Shown piece by piece: positions 1-13,119 of a DNA stretch of 64,000 nucleotides. The position numbers and the translations under genes were made by a program. Under the pieces are notes generated by a model. It worked only from the letters and a program-made list of their open reading frames with translations. It did not search any database and had not been told where the DNA came from. Source of the DNA: Octopus sinensis (taxonomy: Eukaryota). The first letter of the stretch is position 1. Each line of letters opens with the position of its first letter. The stretch spans positions 49,228,001-49,292,000 of the forward strand of contig NC_043010.1 in assembly GCF_006345805.1 (NCBI RefSeq), written 5' to 3'.

Positions 1-384
1 ATTCTTCTGTTCTAATGCATGCTAGTGGTCACTTTGAGTTATTTCTCTTAACCTGTTTCTACTTCATTTACACACACACACACACATATAGCACCTCAAC
101 CAGTACCACCTTTTTTTATGACAGTTTGACCATGTTTCCACAAGTGGGTGGGTCTTCCCCACTATAGCACGTCACCAGTTGTCTCAATCCTTTCACATCT
201 CCATGCAGCAAAACATCATGAAAAGAAAATCGTTACATATATATTCATATATGTAAACACACACATATACACACATGCATACATGTGTGTATGTATATTT
301 TTATAAATATGTGTAAAAGCATATAATTACACATTTGTAAACAAGCATTCACAACTATTCAATATTTATTTATATACACAAGAA

Positions 385-770
385 AATGCTTGTAGGATGA
401 AAAGTTTGCTTCCCAACGATATGATTCTGAGTTCAGTCCTACTGCATGCCACATTGGGCAAGTGTCTTCTACTATAGCCTCGGGCCGACCAAAGTCTTGT
501 GAGTGGGTTTGATAGATGGAAGCTAAAAAAAAAAAACTGTCGTATAAGTATATGTGTGTGTCTTTGTGTCAGTTTGTCCCCACAACACTGCTTAATAACT
601 GGTGTTCGTTTGTTTACGTTCCCATAGCTTAGCAGTTTGGCAAAAGAGACTGATAGAACAAGTACTGGGCTTTAAGAAAAAAAAGGACTGGGGTCAATTG
701 GTTTGACTAAAAATTCTTCAAGGTAATGTCCCAGCATGGCCACAATCTAATGACAAACAAGTAAAAGAGA
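385..770 (+). mobile_element. tRNA-type SINE, family A (degenerate copy)
   Basis: Matches the other family A copies (GGGCAAGTGTCTTCTACTATAGCC...CCAGCATGGCCAC...AAACAAGTAAAAGAG) with a B-box-like GAGTTCAGTCC. Confidence 0.8.
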
Positions 771-834
771 ACAGATTAACAGATGCTTACATATAAACAT
801 AAGTACACGTTATACTGTAACTGTATAATCACAA

Positions 835-1250
835 TATGTTTCGTTTTGGGATTTGGTTTGCAAGATTCTTTATATGAGAGTCAAGACTATTGAAAAGGTT
901 GCAAGACGCAACGAAAATTTTAGGAAAATAAAAATAAGAAATAAGTGGAAATTTTACTGGCGAGTGTGTTACATTATAAGGCACAGAAAGAAAATGAGTC
1001 TCCCCAGACACAACACAATAATATGCCATTCTAACAATGTTTTGGCAGTGCTATAAGAATTTAAAAGCAGAGATTATTTAGAGCATATTATTGTATCATT
1101 GCAAGAGAGTAAGGGATTAAATAGTGAAATAGTATCATGCAGAAGGGTTAGGAAAGATGGAAGGTTGAGAACCATGGAACTAGAGAAATCCTTGATGGCA
1201 GAAAATATTCATGTAGTTGTTTTGGTCATGCCTGCATGGATAAATGCATG
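835..1250. repeat. Unclassified interspersed repeat
   Basis: Begins with TTTCGTTTTGGGATTTGGTTTGCAAGATTCTTTAT, which recurs at about 40360; downstream similarity is loose. Confidence 0.4.
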
Positions 1251-1269
1251 TGTGTGTGTAATATTATCA

Positions 1270-1445
1270 TTATTTAACATCCATTCTACATGCTGGCATA
1301 GGTTGGACAGTTTGACAGGAGCTGGTAAGCTGCACTAGACTCCAGTTGTCTCTTCTGGCATGGTTTACAGCTCGATGCCCTTCCTAACACCAACTACTTT
1401 ACAGATTGTTTTAGGTGGGTTTTTTTCTTTACATGGCACCTGCAC
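1270..1445 (-). mobile_element. Family C retroposon fragment (GGAAGGGCATCC motif, (GAT)n tail)
   Basis: Shares TTGGAC...GATGCCCTTCCTAAC with copies at 5365, 15065, 35650, 47880 and 49545. Confidence 0.65.
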
Positions 1446-1532
1446 CTAAGAGCTTGCAAAATAAGGACCTCTCAGCTGACACAACAACTGGAACCAAGAG
1501 ACCAGAGTTATTAGGTGTGTGTATGTATATGA

Positions 1533-1563
<31 letters not shown>

Positions 1564-1564
<1 letters not shown>

Positions 1565-1951
1565 TCTTTACTCTCTTTTACTTGTTTCAGTCATTTGACT
1601 GCGGCCATGCTGGAGCACTGCCTTTAATCGAGCAACTTGACCACGGTACTTATTCTTTGTAAGCCCAGTACTTATTCTATCGGTCTGTTTTGCCGAACCG
1701 CTAGGTGACGGGGACAAAAACACACTAGCATCGGTTGCCAAGCAATGCTAGGTGGACAAACACACATACATATGTATATACATATATACGACAGGCTTCT
1801 TTCAGTTTCCGTCTACCAAATCCACTCACAAGGCTTTGGTCGGCCCGAGGCTATAGTAGAAGACACTTGCCCAAGGTGCCACGCAGTGGGACTGAACCCA
1901 GAACCATGTGGTTGGTAAACAAGCTACTTACCACACAGCCACTCCTGCACC
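1564..1951 (-). mobile_element. tRNA-type SINE, family A, near full length
   Basis: Reverse strand has head GGAGTGGCTGTGTGGTAAGTAG...GGTTCAGTCCC and tail TGACTGAAACAAGTAAAAGAG; near-identical to 24138-24544 and 63299-63754. Confidence 0.9.
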
Positions 1952-2039
1952 TATATATATATATATATATACAAACACACATACATTATCACATATGTAC
2001 ACATATACTAGTCACACAAAGGATAAAGAGCACCTTTGG

Positions 2040-2355
2040 TCATGAATGACCATGAGATTGTTTGCACCTAGAAAGTTCCCCTCCAAGGCACAAGTCCAGG
2101 CAAGATTGTTTGTAGAGGACCAGCAGTTGGCCACGCATACCAGTCTCCTCTCTCCATGTTATGCTGCCCAAGGGGAAGGCCAATACAGCTTGACACCAGT
2201 GATGTCACAACACATTTCTACAGTTGAGTGAACTGAAGCAACATGAAATAAAGTGTCTTGCTCAAGAAAACAACATACAGCCCGGTCCGGATATCAATCT
2301 TACAACCTCAAGATTGTAAGCCTGATGATCTAACCACTGAACCAAGCACCTTCAC
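2040..2355 (-). mobile_element. tRNA-type SINE, family D
   Basis: Contains CTTGAGCAAGACAC core on the minus strand; homologous to 36290-36592. Confidence 0.75.
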
Positions 2356-2427
2356 ATTATATATATGTATGTGTATATATATATATACATACATATATAT
2401 ATATATATAAAACACACACATTATATA

Positions 2428-2587
2428 AGGCGTGGTTGCAGGTTAAGAAGCTTGCTTCCCAGCTACATGGTTTCAGGTTCAAATCCACTGCGTGACACTT
2501 TGGACAAATGTCTTTCACTATAGCACTGAGCCATCCAAAGCCCTGAGTGGATTTGGTAGCCGGAAACTGAAAGAACCCGTCATATAT

Positions 2588-2620
<33 letters not shown>

Positions 2621-2805
2621 GCTGTATGCGTGCGCGCGCGCTCATGTATTTGCTGGTTTGTTTACATCCCCGTGACCTAGCGGTTCGACAAAGGAAACCG
2701 ATAAAGAAACAGGCTTTAAGAATAAATACTGAGATCGATTCGTTCGACTAAAACTCAAGGCGGTGCCCCAGCATGGCCACAGTCCAAGGATATACAAGTA
2801 AAGGA
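2428..2805 (+). mobile_element. SINE family A (degenerate)
   Basis: Family A head, central (TA)n and 3' CCCCAGCATGGCCACAGTC motif. Confidence 0.75.
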
Positions 2806-2919
2806 ATGCAGATATACACACATAAACGTATACCATACATATATACATCAAATTATATATATATACGCGTTCGGGTTACATACGTGAGTGAATTGCATAC
2901 GTGTATGTGTGTATATATA

Positions 2920-2958
<39 letters not shown>

Positions 2959-3289
2959 TGTGCGAAACCTTCGGCCGTTGATAGTATATATTTAAGTACC
3001 TATATATTATGTGTGTGCACGACTATGGGTATTATATAAACAGTATCAATAACACAATCTCTTCGTGCATGAGTGAGTGACGAGAATGAATAGAGAGAAA
3101 TTTGACAGAAAATACTGAAGAATGTTAGAGGAAACTGGAGAGGAGGGGGGGGACAGCGGATATTACGTTTTGAGGTTACGAAGAGGCTGATGTGTGTGTC
3201 GTCGGCAAACGTTGACAATGCGACTGAACTGGGGATACATACGTATATACAAATCACAAATATTGCACTCACACATACACATATATACA

Positions 3290-3356
3290 CACACACCCAT
3301 ACGTAACATATACAAATACACAAAGACATACAAACATATATATACACACAGATACA

Positions 3357-3400
<44 letters not shown>

Positions 3401-4850
3401 TACAAACATATATATACATACACACGCACAAACATATATATATATATACATACACACACAAACATATATACATATACACACACACACAAACATATATATA
3501 TATACATATACACACACACAAAAACATATATATATATATACATATACACACACACAAAAACATATATATATATACATATACACACACACACACAAACATA
3601 TATATATACATACACACACACACAAACATATATATATACACACACATACAAACATATATATATACACACACACCACAAACATATATATATATACACACAC
3701 ATACAACATATATATATATATATACACACAATACAAACATATATAATATATACACACACACATACAAACATATATATATTATACACACACATACAACATA
3801 TATATATACACACATACAAACATATATATATACACACTACAAACATATATATATATACACACACATACAAACATATATATATATACACACACATACAAAC
3901 ATATATATATATACACACACATACAAACATATATATATATACACACACATACAAACATATATATATACACACACATACAAACATATATATATATACACAC
4001 ACATACAAACATATATATATATACACACACACATACAAACATATATATATATACACACACATACAAACATATATACACACACACACACATACAAACATAT
4101 ATATATATATACACACACATACAAACACATATATATACACACACATACAAACATTATATATATACACACACATACAAACATATATATATATACACACACA
4201 TACAAACATATATATATATACACACACACATACAAACATAATATATATACACACACATACAAACATATATATATATACACACACATACAAACATATATAT
4301 ATATACACACACACACACACATATATATATATACACCACATACAAACATATATATATATACACACACATCAAACATATATATATATACCACACATACAAA
4401 CATATATATATACACACACATACAAACATATATATATACACACACATACAAACATATATATATATACACACACACATACAAACATATATATATATATACA
4501 CACACATACAAACATATATATATATACACACACATACAACATATATATATATACACACATACAAACATATATATATACACACACATACAAACATATATAT
4601 ATATACACACACATACAAACATATATACATATACACACACACAAACATATATACACATACAAACATATATACATACACACACATACAGACATATATACAT
4701 ACACACACATACAAACATATATACACACACATACAAACATATATACACACACATACAAACATATATACACACACATACAAACATATATATATATATATAT
4801 ATACACACACATACAGACATATATACATACACACACATATATCCATACAC
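3290..4850. repeat. Compound minisatellite, unit about (TA)n(CA)nTACAAACA (roughly 24-30 bp)
   Basis: Dozens of tandem TACAAACA-anchored units; produces the spurious long Y/I/H/T and C/V/Y/M ORFs. Confidence 0.95.
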
Positions 4851-5248
4851 CATGCACACACAGACGTGTGTCTATGTACGCGCAATACATGTATCGTGGA
4901 ATTAAATGGCAAAGATATAACGGCTAGGGGAAGAGCGGAGGAGGGGGAAGTTGTACGAACACAAGTTTCTCCCCGCAAAAATATTATACATGCCTATTTA
5001 TTACACACATAAACACGTTGCACGCTGACGGAACATCGAAGTAAATCTGGAAAGGAAATCTGAAAATTCTTCCTCAACCCGAGCACTGTCAAAAATACGA
5101 AACTGAATACGAAAAGTAACAAACATAACATAAGCAGATTGATGTTTATTCCAACATGTTTTCACGCGCCTGCGTGCATAATCTATCTACCATCTATCAA
5201 TCATTCAAATAATATATGAGCATAATCATATTTTATATAATCATATTT

Positions 5249-5282
<34 letters not shown>

Positions 5283-5364
5283 TAAACATATATAAATATA
5301 CATGCATATAGATACACATATATACAAACATACATGCATATACACATGGTTTTTTGCATATTTA

Positions 5365-5560
5365 ATGGCCATCTTCCACGCTAGCATCGGTTGGACGGTT
5401 TGACAAGAATTGACAAACCGAAGGACTGCGTCAAGCTCCAATGTCTGCTTTGACATGGTTTTTTTTTTATGGTTGGATGCTTTTCCTAATGCAAACAACT
5501 TTAGAGTGTATATTGGGTACGTTTTCGTGGCACCAGCACTGATGAGGTCACCAAGTTACC
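5365..5560 (-). mobile_element. Family C retroposon fragment
   Basis: GCATCGGTTGGACGGTTTGAC...GGATGC...CCTAATGC homology to other family C copies. Confidence 0.6.
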
Positions 5561-5569
5561 AGCAATACA

Positions 5570-6700
5570 AGCCCTCGTCGACTGAGTAGGGGTGTACGGT
5601 AGCTAGAAGTAGGTGGCTTCAGGCCAGTTGTCGAGAGCTTAAAGTACTATAGAGGGTCCTGGTGTCCTAGGACAGAGGAGGTAGGTACACGGCTATCCAG
5701 CAAGAAAAAGATGGGTGATGAGGTACCAGGGCCATACAAACAAGATGTAAGGTAAGTGTGAGCGAGAATAGGGACAGAGGATTAAGGAGGGTGGATGGTT
5801 AAGTTTACAGGTGTGTGAAAGAAAATTGACAAACGGTTAGGTGGAGATAGAGGTGAATGATGAACAAGAGTGAAAGTATTGGGGAAGGTAAAGGAAAATT
5901 GGAAGAGGTCAGGATGGAGAAGAGATGTTGTGACGGGATATAAAGGGGTGGTGAAACAGAGAGCAATAGTTTAACAAACCCATATATAGATGATAAATAG
6001 GGAAACACTATTAAATATTAGGAGTCACTTTACATTAATGAGTGGAACGTACAATTTCCTATAGTTCGGACTGCTTCTTGGTCCCAGCAGACAAAATGGA
6101 AAAGGCACCGCCTAGGAGGACGGTAAGGGAGATCCTCTGGAACAGCCAACCTGAATCACGGGACTTGCACTTGCAGATAACCATCTCTGCTCCATTGATA
6201 GTGGTGAGCAGGGACATGGTCTGGGGACTGAGAACAGCAGAGGTCTCCACTGCCATAGGCTCCACTATAATCCTGTCTGAGAGTGACCAATACCTTGAGA
6301 GTTTGCTTTCTCGGCCGGACAAGCAGCAGAGCCTGGGCTGGTAGCTGAACACACTTGGGAAGGCATCACAGCATGTGGCATCCCAGATGGGAAGATGGTA
6401 TGAAGTGTGGAAGTGAATGAGGGATGCACAGAGAGAGAAAGAGAGACCAGTCAGTGGTAGGTAGAAGTTGATGTATTGAGTGAAGGTGGAAGAACTAATG
6501 ATGACAAGTATGAGAGGGTGAGAATAAGGGGTGGGTGACAAAAGAAGTGGTTCCATAGACGATGTGGTATTGCATCCATAGCAGCTGACTAAGTGGTCTC
6601 TGCCGTAGATAGAAGATTGATGAAGGGATGAGTTATGGAGAGGACTTGACAGGGATAGATAGATAGACTGGGCGTGGAGCAGACACACAAAGAATACGCT
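5570..6700 (-). mobile_element. Possible highly decayed Penelope-like element
   Basis: Minus-strand frames give broken PLE-like RT C-terminal hints (SSH..C..DAFP; SGRESKLSRYW); many frameshifts, weak match. Confidence 0.35.
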
Positions 6701-6955
6701 TCTAAGAGTTTTTTTCCAGCACAGCTAACCAATGATCATCTCCTCTGTGAGGCTAAACATCCTGAAATTAATTTTAACTACTTCATCCCATAGGTATATA
6801 TATATTATATATGTGACTTAGACCAAAACTTTGAAGTCATTGTCAACAACATTATTGTTTAAGAATAATAAATTTGTACTCTACAAAAGCCTAGAGTAAC
6901 CCATCAGATTAATGTAAAATTATTTTTATTATAACTAAACATAAAAACATTTACA

Positions 6956-6957
<2 letters not shown>

Positions 6958-7023
<66 letters not shown>
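6958..7023. repeat. (TA)n microsatellite
   Basis: Pure TA run. Confidence 0.95.
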
Positions 7024-7026
<3 letters not shown>

Positions 7027-7840
7027 CACTTAAATGCGGATGTTCTGTTAGAACAAACCATACTGCAGTAGTTACCATGAGAGAAACTCCCATACGGCCT
7101 TTTAGTGCAGAATGCACTTATGTTTATAAAATATATATATGCATATGTGTATACATACCCACAGGCATGTATGTGTATAGTTAAGAATTCTGCTTCCTAA
7201 CCATGTGGCTTTGGGCATGTGCCTTCTACTATAACCCCAAATTTACCAAAATCTAGGGAGCAGATTTAGTAATTAGACACTGAAAAAAGCCCATTGTGTA
7301 TGTGCATGTATATGTGTACATGTGGTGAGTGTACGGACACATTTAAGCATATACATGTGTGTGTGTGTGTGTGTATTTTTCCCCCTTGTCCTAACAACTC
7401 GTGATATTTGTAAACAAATAGTTTCCAATCTTCCAAAAAAACATGGCTATGGAGAAATGTTATCTTGGTTCAAAACCAAGTGTGGGTTGGCAACAAGAAA
7501 GACATCAGATAGTAAGTCCACTTCAATGAATTCCTTCAGTCCCATGCAAATATACACACATACATAGACAAGCTTATAACAGTTACAGCTTGCACAACTC
7601 GCTTTGCAAATTGCAAGGTAACAACAGCACAGATGTCACAAGAAGCATTTAATATACGTTATATATATATATATAGTCACACATCCATGCATGTATATGT
7701 GTATATATATATATATATATACAAAGAGCAATAAAGATTCAAGTTAATTTAAATGAATTTACTTGAATATGGTACCTAACTTAGATGCACCAAAAAAAAC
7801 TATACTGATTTAACAATACAGTAATGTGGGGTGATTATAA

Positions 7841-8070
7841 GCGAGAAAGAAGCAACAAGAATGGATAGGTTTTTAGTACGATCGTTTCATACAAGGACAG
7901 GTTTTATTAAAAGTTGCAAAGATTACAGCATATAAACGAGTCCCGTACTCATCAGCTGATGAGTACGGGACTCGTTTATATGCTGTAATCTTTGCAACTT
8001 TTAATAAAACCTGTCCTTGTATGAAACGATCGTACTAAAAACCTATCCATTCTTGTTGCTTCTTTCTCGC
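7841..8070. repeat. Perfect 230-bp palindrome (inverted PLE terminal-repeat pair)
   Basis: 115-bp arms, no spacer, axis ATCAG|CTGAT at 7955/7956; element flanked by (TA)n on both sides. Confidence 0.9.
7954..8036 (+). ncRNA. Type I hammerhead-like motif, stem I truncated by the fold-back (mirrored on minus)
   Basis: CUGAUGA 7956-62; stem II GUACGGGAC/GUCCUUGUAU (one bulge); GAAA 8023-26; palindromic stem III ACGAUCGU; GUA triplet 8032-34; only 2 bp of stem I remain. Confidence 0.65.
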
Positions 8071-8364
8071 GTATATATATATATATATATATATATATAC
8101 AAACACACATACACACAAGCATTCAGATATTTATATACATTCATACATGTATACATATACACATGTATGCACTTGCATATATATATATATGCATATACAC
8201 TTCTGTATATACATACATATGCATATATATATACACTCACAAATGTACACATATATACACAATGTGCATATGCATACATTTATACACAAACACACATGCG
8301 TGTATATACACATACGTACGTGTATATACCCATGTATATATACACATGCGTGTATATACATACT

Positions 8365-8590
8365 TGTATAGATATATATTTATATACATATGTGCATACA
8401 TTTATATATACAGATATATATTTATACATATGTGCATACATTTATATATACAGATATATATTTATACATATGTGCATACATTTATATATACAGATATATA
8501 TTTATACATATGTGCATACATTTGTATATACATATATATTTATATGGATGTGCATACATTTATATATACATATATATTTATACATATGTA
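8365..8590. repeat. 40-bp AT-rich tandem repeat (about 5 copies)
   Basis: Unit TTTATATATACAGATATATATTTATACATATGTGCATACA repeated. Confidence 0.85.
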
Positions 8591-8802
8591 CATACACACG
8601 TATATATACATATATACAAGGCCATCGTAAATGTCTAGACATCACGTGATGGTTGTAAACGAGCATCACCTTCACGATGTCATATTTCCAATCTTCAGTG
8701 AAAAACATATCTGGCCATAGTGGAGCATTATCTTTTTTTGGAAACGTGTTAGCGACAGGAACGGCATCCGTCTGATTTATGTCAGCATTGAAAATGGACG
8801 TT

Positions 8803-8934
<132 letters not shown>

Positions 8935-9239
8935 GATAGATAGATTTGTGTGTGTAAATATACTTTCAGACATGTAAATATACATATATAGAAATGTGTG
9001 TCTACATGTACATATCTATATATATACATATTCACATACATACAGGTACATACATCCGGTCACATAGATAAAACATATGATTTTATTTTGACATCTCCGA
9101 AGGATTGCCACTAGATAAACAGGTACACACACACATAAAAGCATATATTCGTATATAGACATTCATATACATATAACATATATACATGTACATAGGTAAA
9201 AATAAGCCTTCATATAGACAGATATATATCAAAATCCAT

Positions 9240-9310
9240 ATAGATATATATACATATATGCATACACATATTTAGAGACATATATATGTAGATACGTGTG
9301 TGTATGTATG

Positions 9311-9352
<42 letters not shown>

Positions 9353-9544
9353 TATACACAAATATTTAGAGATATATACATGTAGATACGTATATATATA
9401 TACACATATATTTAGAGACATACATGTAGATACATTATATATATATACACACATTTAGAGACATATACAAGTAGATACATTATATATATATACACACACA
9501 CACATACATACACATATATTTAGAGACAATACATGTAGGTACAT

Positions 9545-9560
<16 letters not shown>
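9240..9560. repeat. Degenerate tandem repeat (TATTTAGAGACATATACATGTAGATAC-based)
   Basis: About 5-6 units separated by variable TA/CA runs. Confidence 0.75.
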
Positions 9561-9576
<16 letters not shown>

Positions 9577-9942
9577 AAAAACACATTTATATAAATTTAA
9601 GCACACACACACACATATATATACACTAATGTTTACGTTTAACGATATATGTACAATTATATACACATACATAAAATTTGAAAACATACATAGACATTTA
9701 ATATAACGATATAGATTACGCTCAAATTTACATATGTATGTACACATACATTCAGAAACACAAAATCGTATAGACAGTACATATAGGTATAGAATTGTAC
9801 GTGTGTGTGTGTGTGATGACTCAACACCCAACAGACCAAAATAGTAACTAAACTATTTCATGTTAGAGTAAAGGGTGTTCAGATTATTGACAATGTTTTA
9901 TATCTTGTCCGTGGGAGTTAAATATCAAACATGAACAAATAC

Positions 9943-10015
<73 letters not shown>

Positions 10016-10309
10016 AATATCTGAAACATGACTACAATATAATTCCCTGTTTGCGTTTTTGTTTTTCTTCTTTCTCTATTTTGTTTATAAGTGGTATTAA
10101 GTGGTTGGTAGAAGAGAAATCGAAAACATAGGTGATGAGTAGTAATCCGCTGAATGATCGACGTTTTTAAGCAGCTGAAAATATTATATATATACATACA
10201 TACATACATATAATAACATGCTCAAGTTATATACCTCTAACTCTCAGATACATGCACACAGAAATTAATATGAAGGCTTTTGTATGCGTGACTGTACAGG
10301 CATGTTTGT

Positions 10310-11016
10310 GTGTATGTGTGTGTGTATATATATATATGTATCTCTGACATGTTTATATATCCAAGTCTGCATAGTGGTGAGCGTGTCTGTGCAAATAAAT
10401 ATGCATGCAGTATATGTTTGTATGTATGTATGTATATATATATATCGATGCAGTTAGCCATAACTTGGATTATATATATATGTATGTATGTATAATTTAT
10501 ACATAGATATTCTTCGGTGCTACAACAATAGAGTGTGTGTGTGTGTGTATATATATATATCTGACATGTTTATATATCCAAGTCTGCATATTGGTGTGCG
10601 TGTCTGTGCAAATAAATATGCATGCAGTATATGTATGTGTATATATATATATATATCAATGCAGTTAGTTATAACTTGGATTATATATATATAGTATGTA
10701 TGTATATATATATATATATCGATGCAGTTAGCCATAACTTGGATTATATATATATGTATGTATGTATAATTTATACATAGATATTCTTCGGTGCTACAAC
10801 AATAGAGTGTGTGTGTGTGTATATATATATATCTGACATGTTTATATATCCAAGTCTGCATATTGGTGTGCGTGTCTGTGCAAATAAATATGCATGCAGT
10901 ATATGTATGTGTATATATATATATATATCAATGCAGTTAGTTATAACTTGGATTATATATATATATATGTATGTATGTATAATTTATACATAGATATTCT
11001 TCGGTGATACAACAAT

Positions 11017-11056
<40 letters not shown>

Positions 11057-11136
11057 TATCTCTGACATGTTTATATATCCAAGTCAGTGCAAATAAATAT
11101 GCATGCAGTATATGTTTGTATGTATGTGTATGTATG

Positions 11137-11180
<44 letters not shown>

Positions 11181-11264
11181 CAGTTAGCCATAACTTGGAT
11201 TATATATATATATATGTATGTATGTATAATTTATACATAGATATTCTTCGGTGATACAACAATA
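10310..11264. repeat. VNTR of about 230-280 bp units (4 copies) in lst2 intron 1
   Basis: Repeated blocks CTGACATGTTTATATATCCAAGTC...GCAGTTAGCCATAACTTGG...GATATTCTTCGGTG(C/A)TACAACAATAG. Confidence 0.9.
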
Positions 11265-11286
11265 GAATGATGACTAATGGACTTAC

Positions 11287-11322
11287 CTTCGGCTTATAGA
11301 GCCACCTTCGCAGAGAGTTCAT
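11287..11322 (-). CDS. ZFYVE28: First coding exon of lateral signaling target protein 2 homolog (FYVE-domain protein)
   Basis: ATG...AAG encodes MNSLRRWLYKPK followed by a consensus phase-0 donor AAG|GTAAGT. It resembles the LST2 N-terminus (human MMNRFRKWLYKPK as I recall it, also intron-bounded after KPK). Exon 2 (DPQLL-like) was not seen and is presumably left of the window. Confidence 0.7.
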
Positions 11323-11929
11323 CCTACCGCCAGTGCTTTCATTCCAGCGTGACCAGAAAAAATAGCCTAGACGTTGAATGTTTGCAACCGAGAAAGAAGG
11401 GCAGTAAAACAAGAAGGCGGGGGTTGAAAAAAAATAAATAATGTAATCAAGTAGTAATAAACACTGTCGACCAAAAAAAGAAGAGATTGGAAGCACGAAA
11501 TGACGAAAGTGGTATTATTATTATTATATATAGTATAATATATATATATATAAATATATATATATATTATATATACATATATATCTGTTTGTGTGTGTGT
11601 GTGGTACAGAGAATGGGGGGGTAAAAAAATATGTGATAGAAGGTAAGAAATCAGAGAAACAATAATAATGCTATATAAGAGGGGAAAAGAGGTGGGTAAA
11701 ATTGAAGAGATTAAAGAGAGAAAAATGCCTGGGTTTGAGGAGTATAAAAAAAAAGAAGTGTGTTTGTGTATTATATATACATATATAAGTGTGTGTGTAT
11801 ATATCTATATATCTGTGCCGTGTATATATACATATACAGTGTGTTTTTAAAACAAACTAGAAGACAAGCAAACAAAAAATCCGTACTAAAATAGCTACTT
11901 AGTTATATAATAGGAGGAAGGGGGGGATC

Positions 11930-12490
11930 TGAGACATGCAGAAGGAGCGACGAGCCGTGATGGCTCGGGCATGCGTATTGCATCGGTGAACACCTACCGC
12001 GCTGACGTCACTTCCGCTGCTCCTGTCTTGGACTAAACTCTTCTGTTCCCATTTCCTCACGTGCCGTTTTTTTTTTTTTTACAGACCGTTCCATCCACGT
12101 GAGAATCTAGGATCGGCTTCTTAGTCGTAAAGTCATAATATAATAATAATGTATATAATATAATGATGATATCGGAGTTTGGTTGAGAGGCTGCGACAGT
12201 TGAGAGAAAGAGAGAGAGCCAGCCATTGGATATGGCTGGTAAACGAATTAAGAAACCTGGGTTTGCAGAGAGGGCGATGTGTAAGGTTGCGAGTTGAGGC
12301 AGGCACCTATTTTGCCTATATGGCATTTCAGACCTGCACAACTCCACTTATTTGAATAGAGATAATGACCCCCCGACATGGACTTAAGATCGAATACTAA
12401 TCGGTCGATCCAGTAGGCGGGGCCTCGCATCAGCGAACGGGGCCCGGTGCGCTGTTAAAACCGCAGAGAGGAAGGCCCCGAAACGGTGCG
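11930..12490. promoter_or_regulatory. CpG-rich candidate promoter of lst2
   Basis: CRE TGACGTCA 12003-10 overlapping ETS-type CACTTCCG 12009-16; E-boxes CACGTG at 12058 and 12096; GC box near 12416; about 0.7 kb upstream of the ATG. Confidence 0.55.
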
Positions 12491-12739
12491 CATTCTCTCT
12501 CTCTCTCCTGATGGACCCTAAAACCTGCTGGCATCCAGTTTTTTACTGAGTGCACTTGAACAAGCAAGCTGTTTCCAAGTCTAATTAATATAAGAGTTGG
12601 TGAAGACTGGGGGAGGTCGCCTTCATAAGCTATCGTCGGCTTGGGTCACGAAATCTGACAAAAAAAAAATCAATAATACGGATCTCCCCGGTTCGTCCTT
12701 ACCATAAATTTTACCATATGTTCTACTTACATGCCTTCA

Positions 12740-12784
<45 letters not shown>

Positions 12785-13119
12785 CTTCTTTTCTCTTTAT
12801 TCTTTATTACTTGCACATTCTCTCTTTCAAACTTTCGTTCCATCCCCTTCACCACCAGTACTTGACGTCTGATGTTTTACCTTCTGATTCTAATTTTAGC
12901 AATGACAAAAAAAATCGTCCGCAGTAACAAGACACACTCTACTCTACTCATTCTATCTATGTCAGGAAACTTATTTATATAAATCTTCTCTCGCTCGCTC
13001 TCTCCCTCTCTTATATCAAAAAGGGTTAACTGAAAATTAAAACTCAAAAGATTCTTTCAGCTGTATTTCATTAGTCAAAATATTCTCGTAACCCACAGGG
13101 CGTCGAAATGCGAGCAGAA

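Noticed and set aside
3170-3240. STFADDTHIS resembling an RT YADD/FADD motif
   Set aside because: Isolated short match with no flanking RT motifs; may be a tiny LINE relic or chance.
3000-4978. Long ORFs of 160-577 aa (YIHT or CVYM repeats)
   Set aside because: They are translations of TA/CA minisatellite that lack stops by composition. The same applies to ORFs at 8.0-8.6, 31, 35.1-35.6 and 37-38.8 kb.
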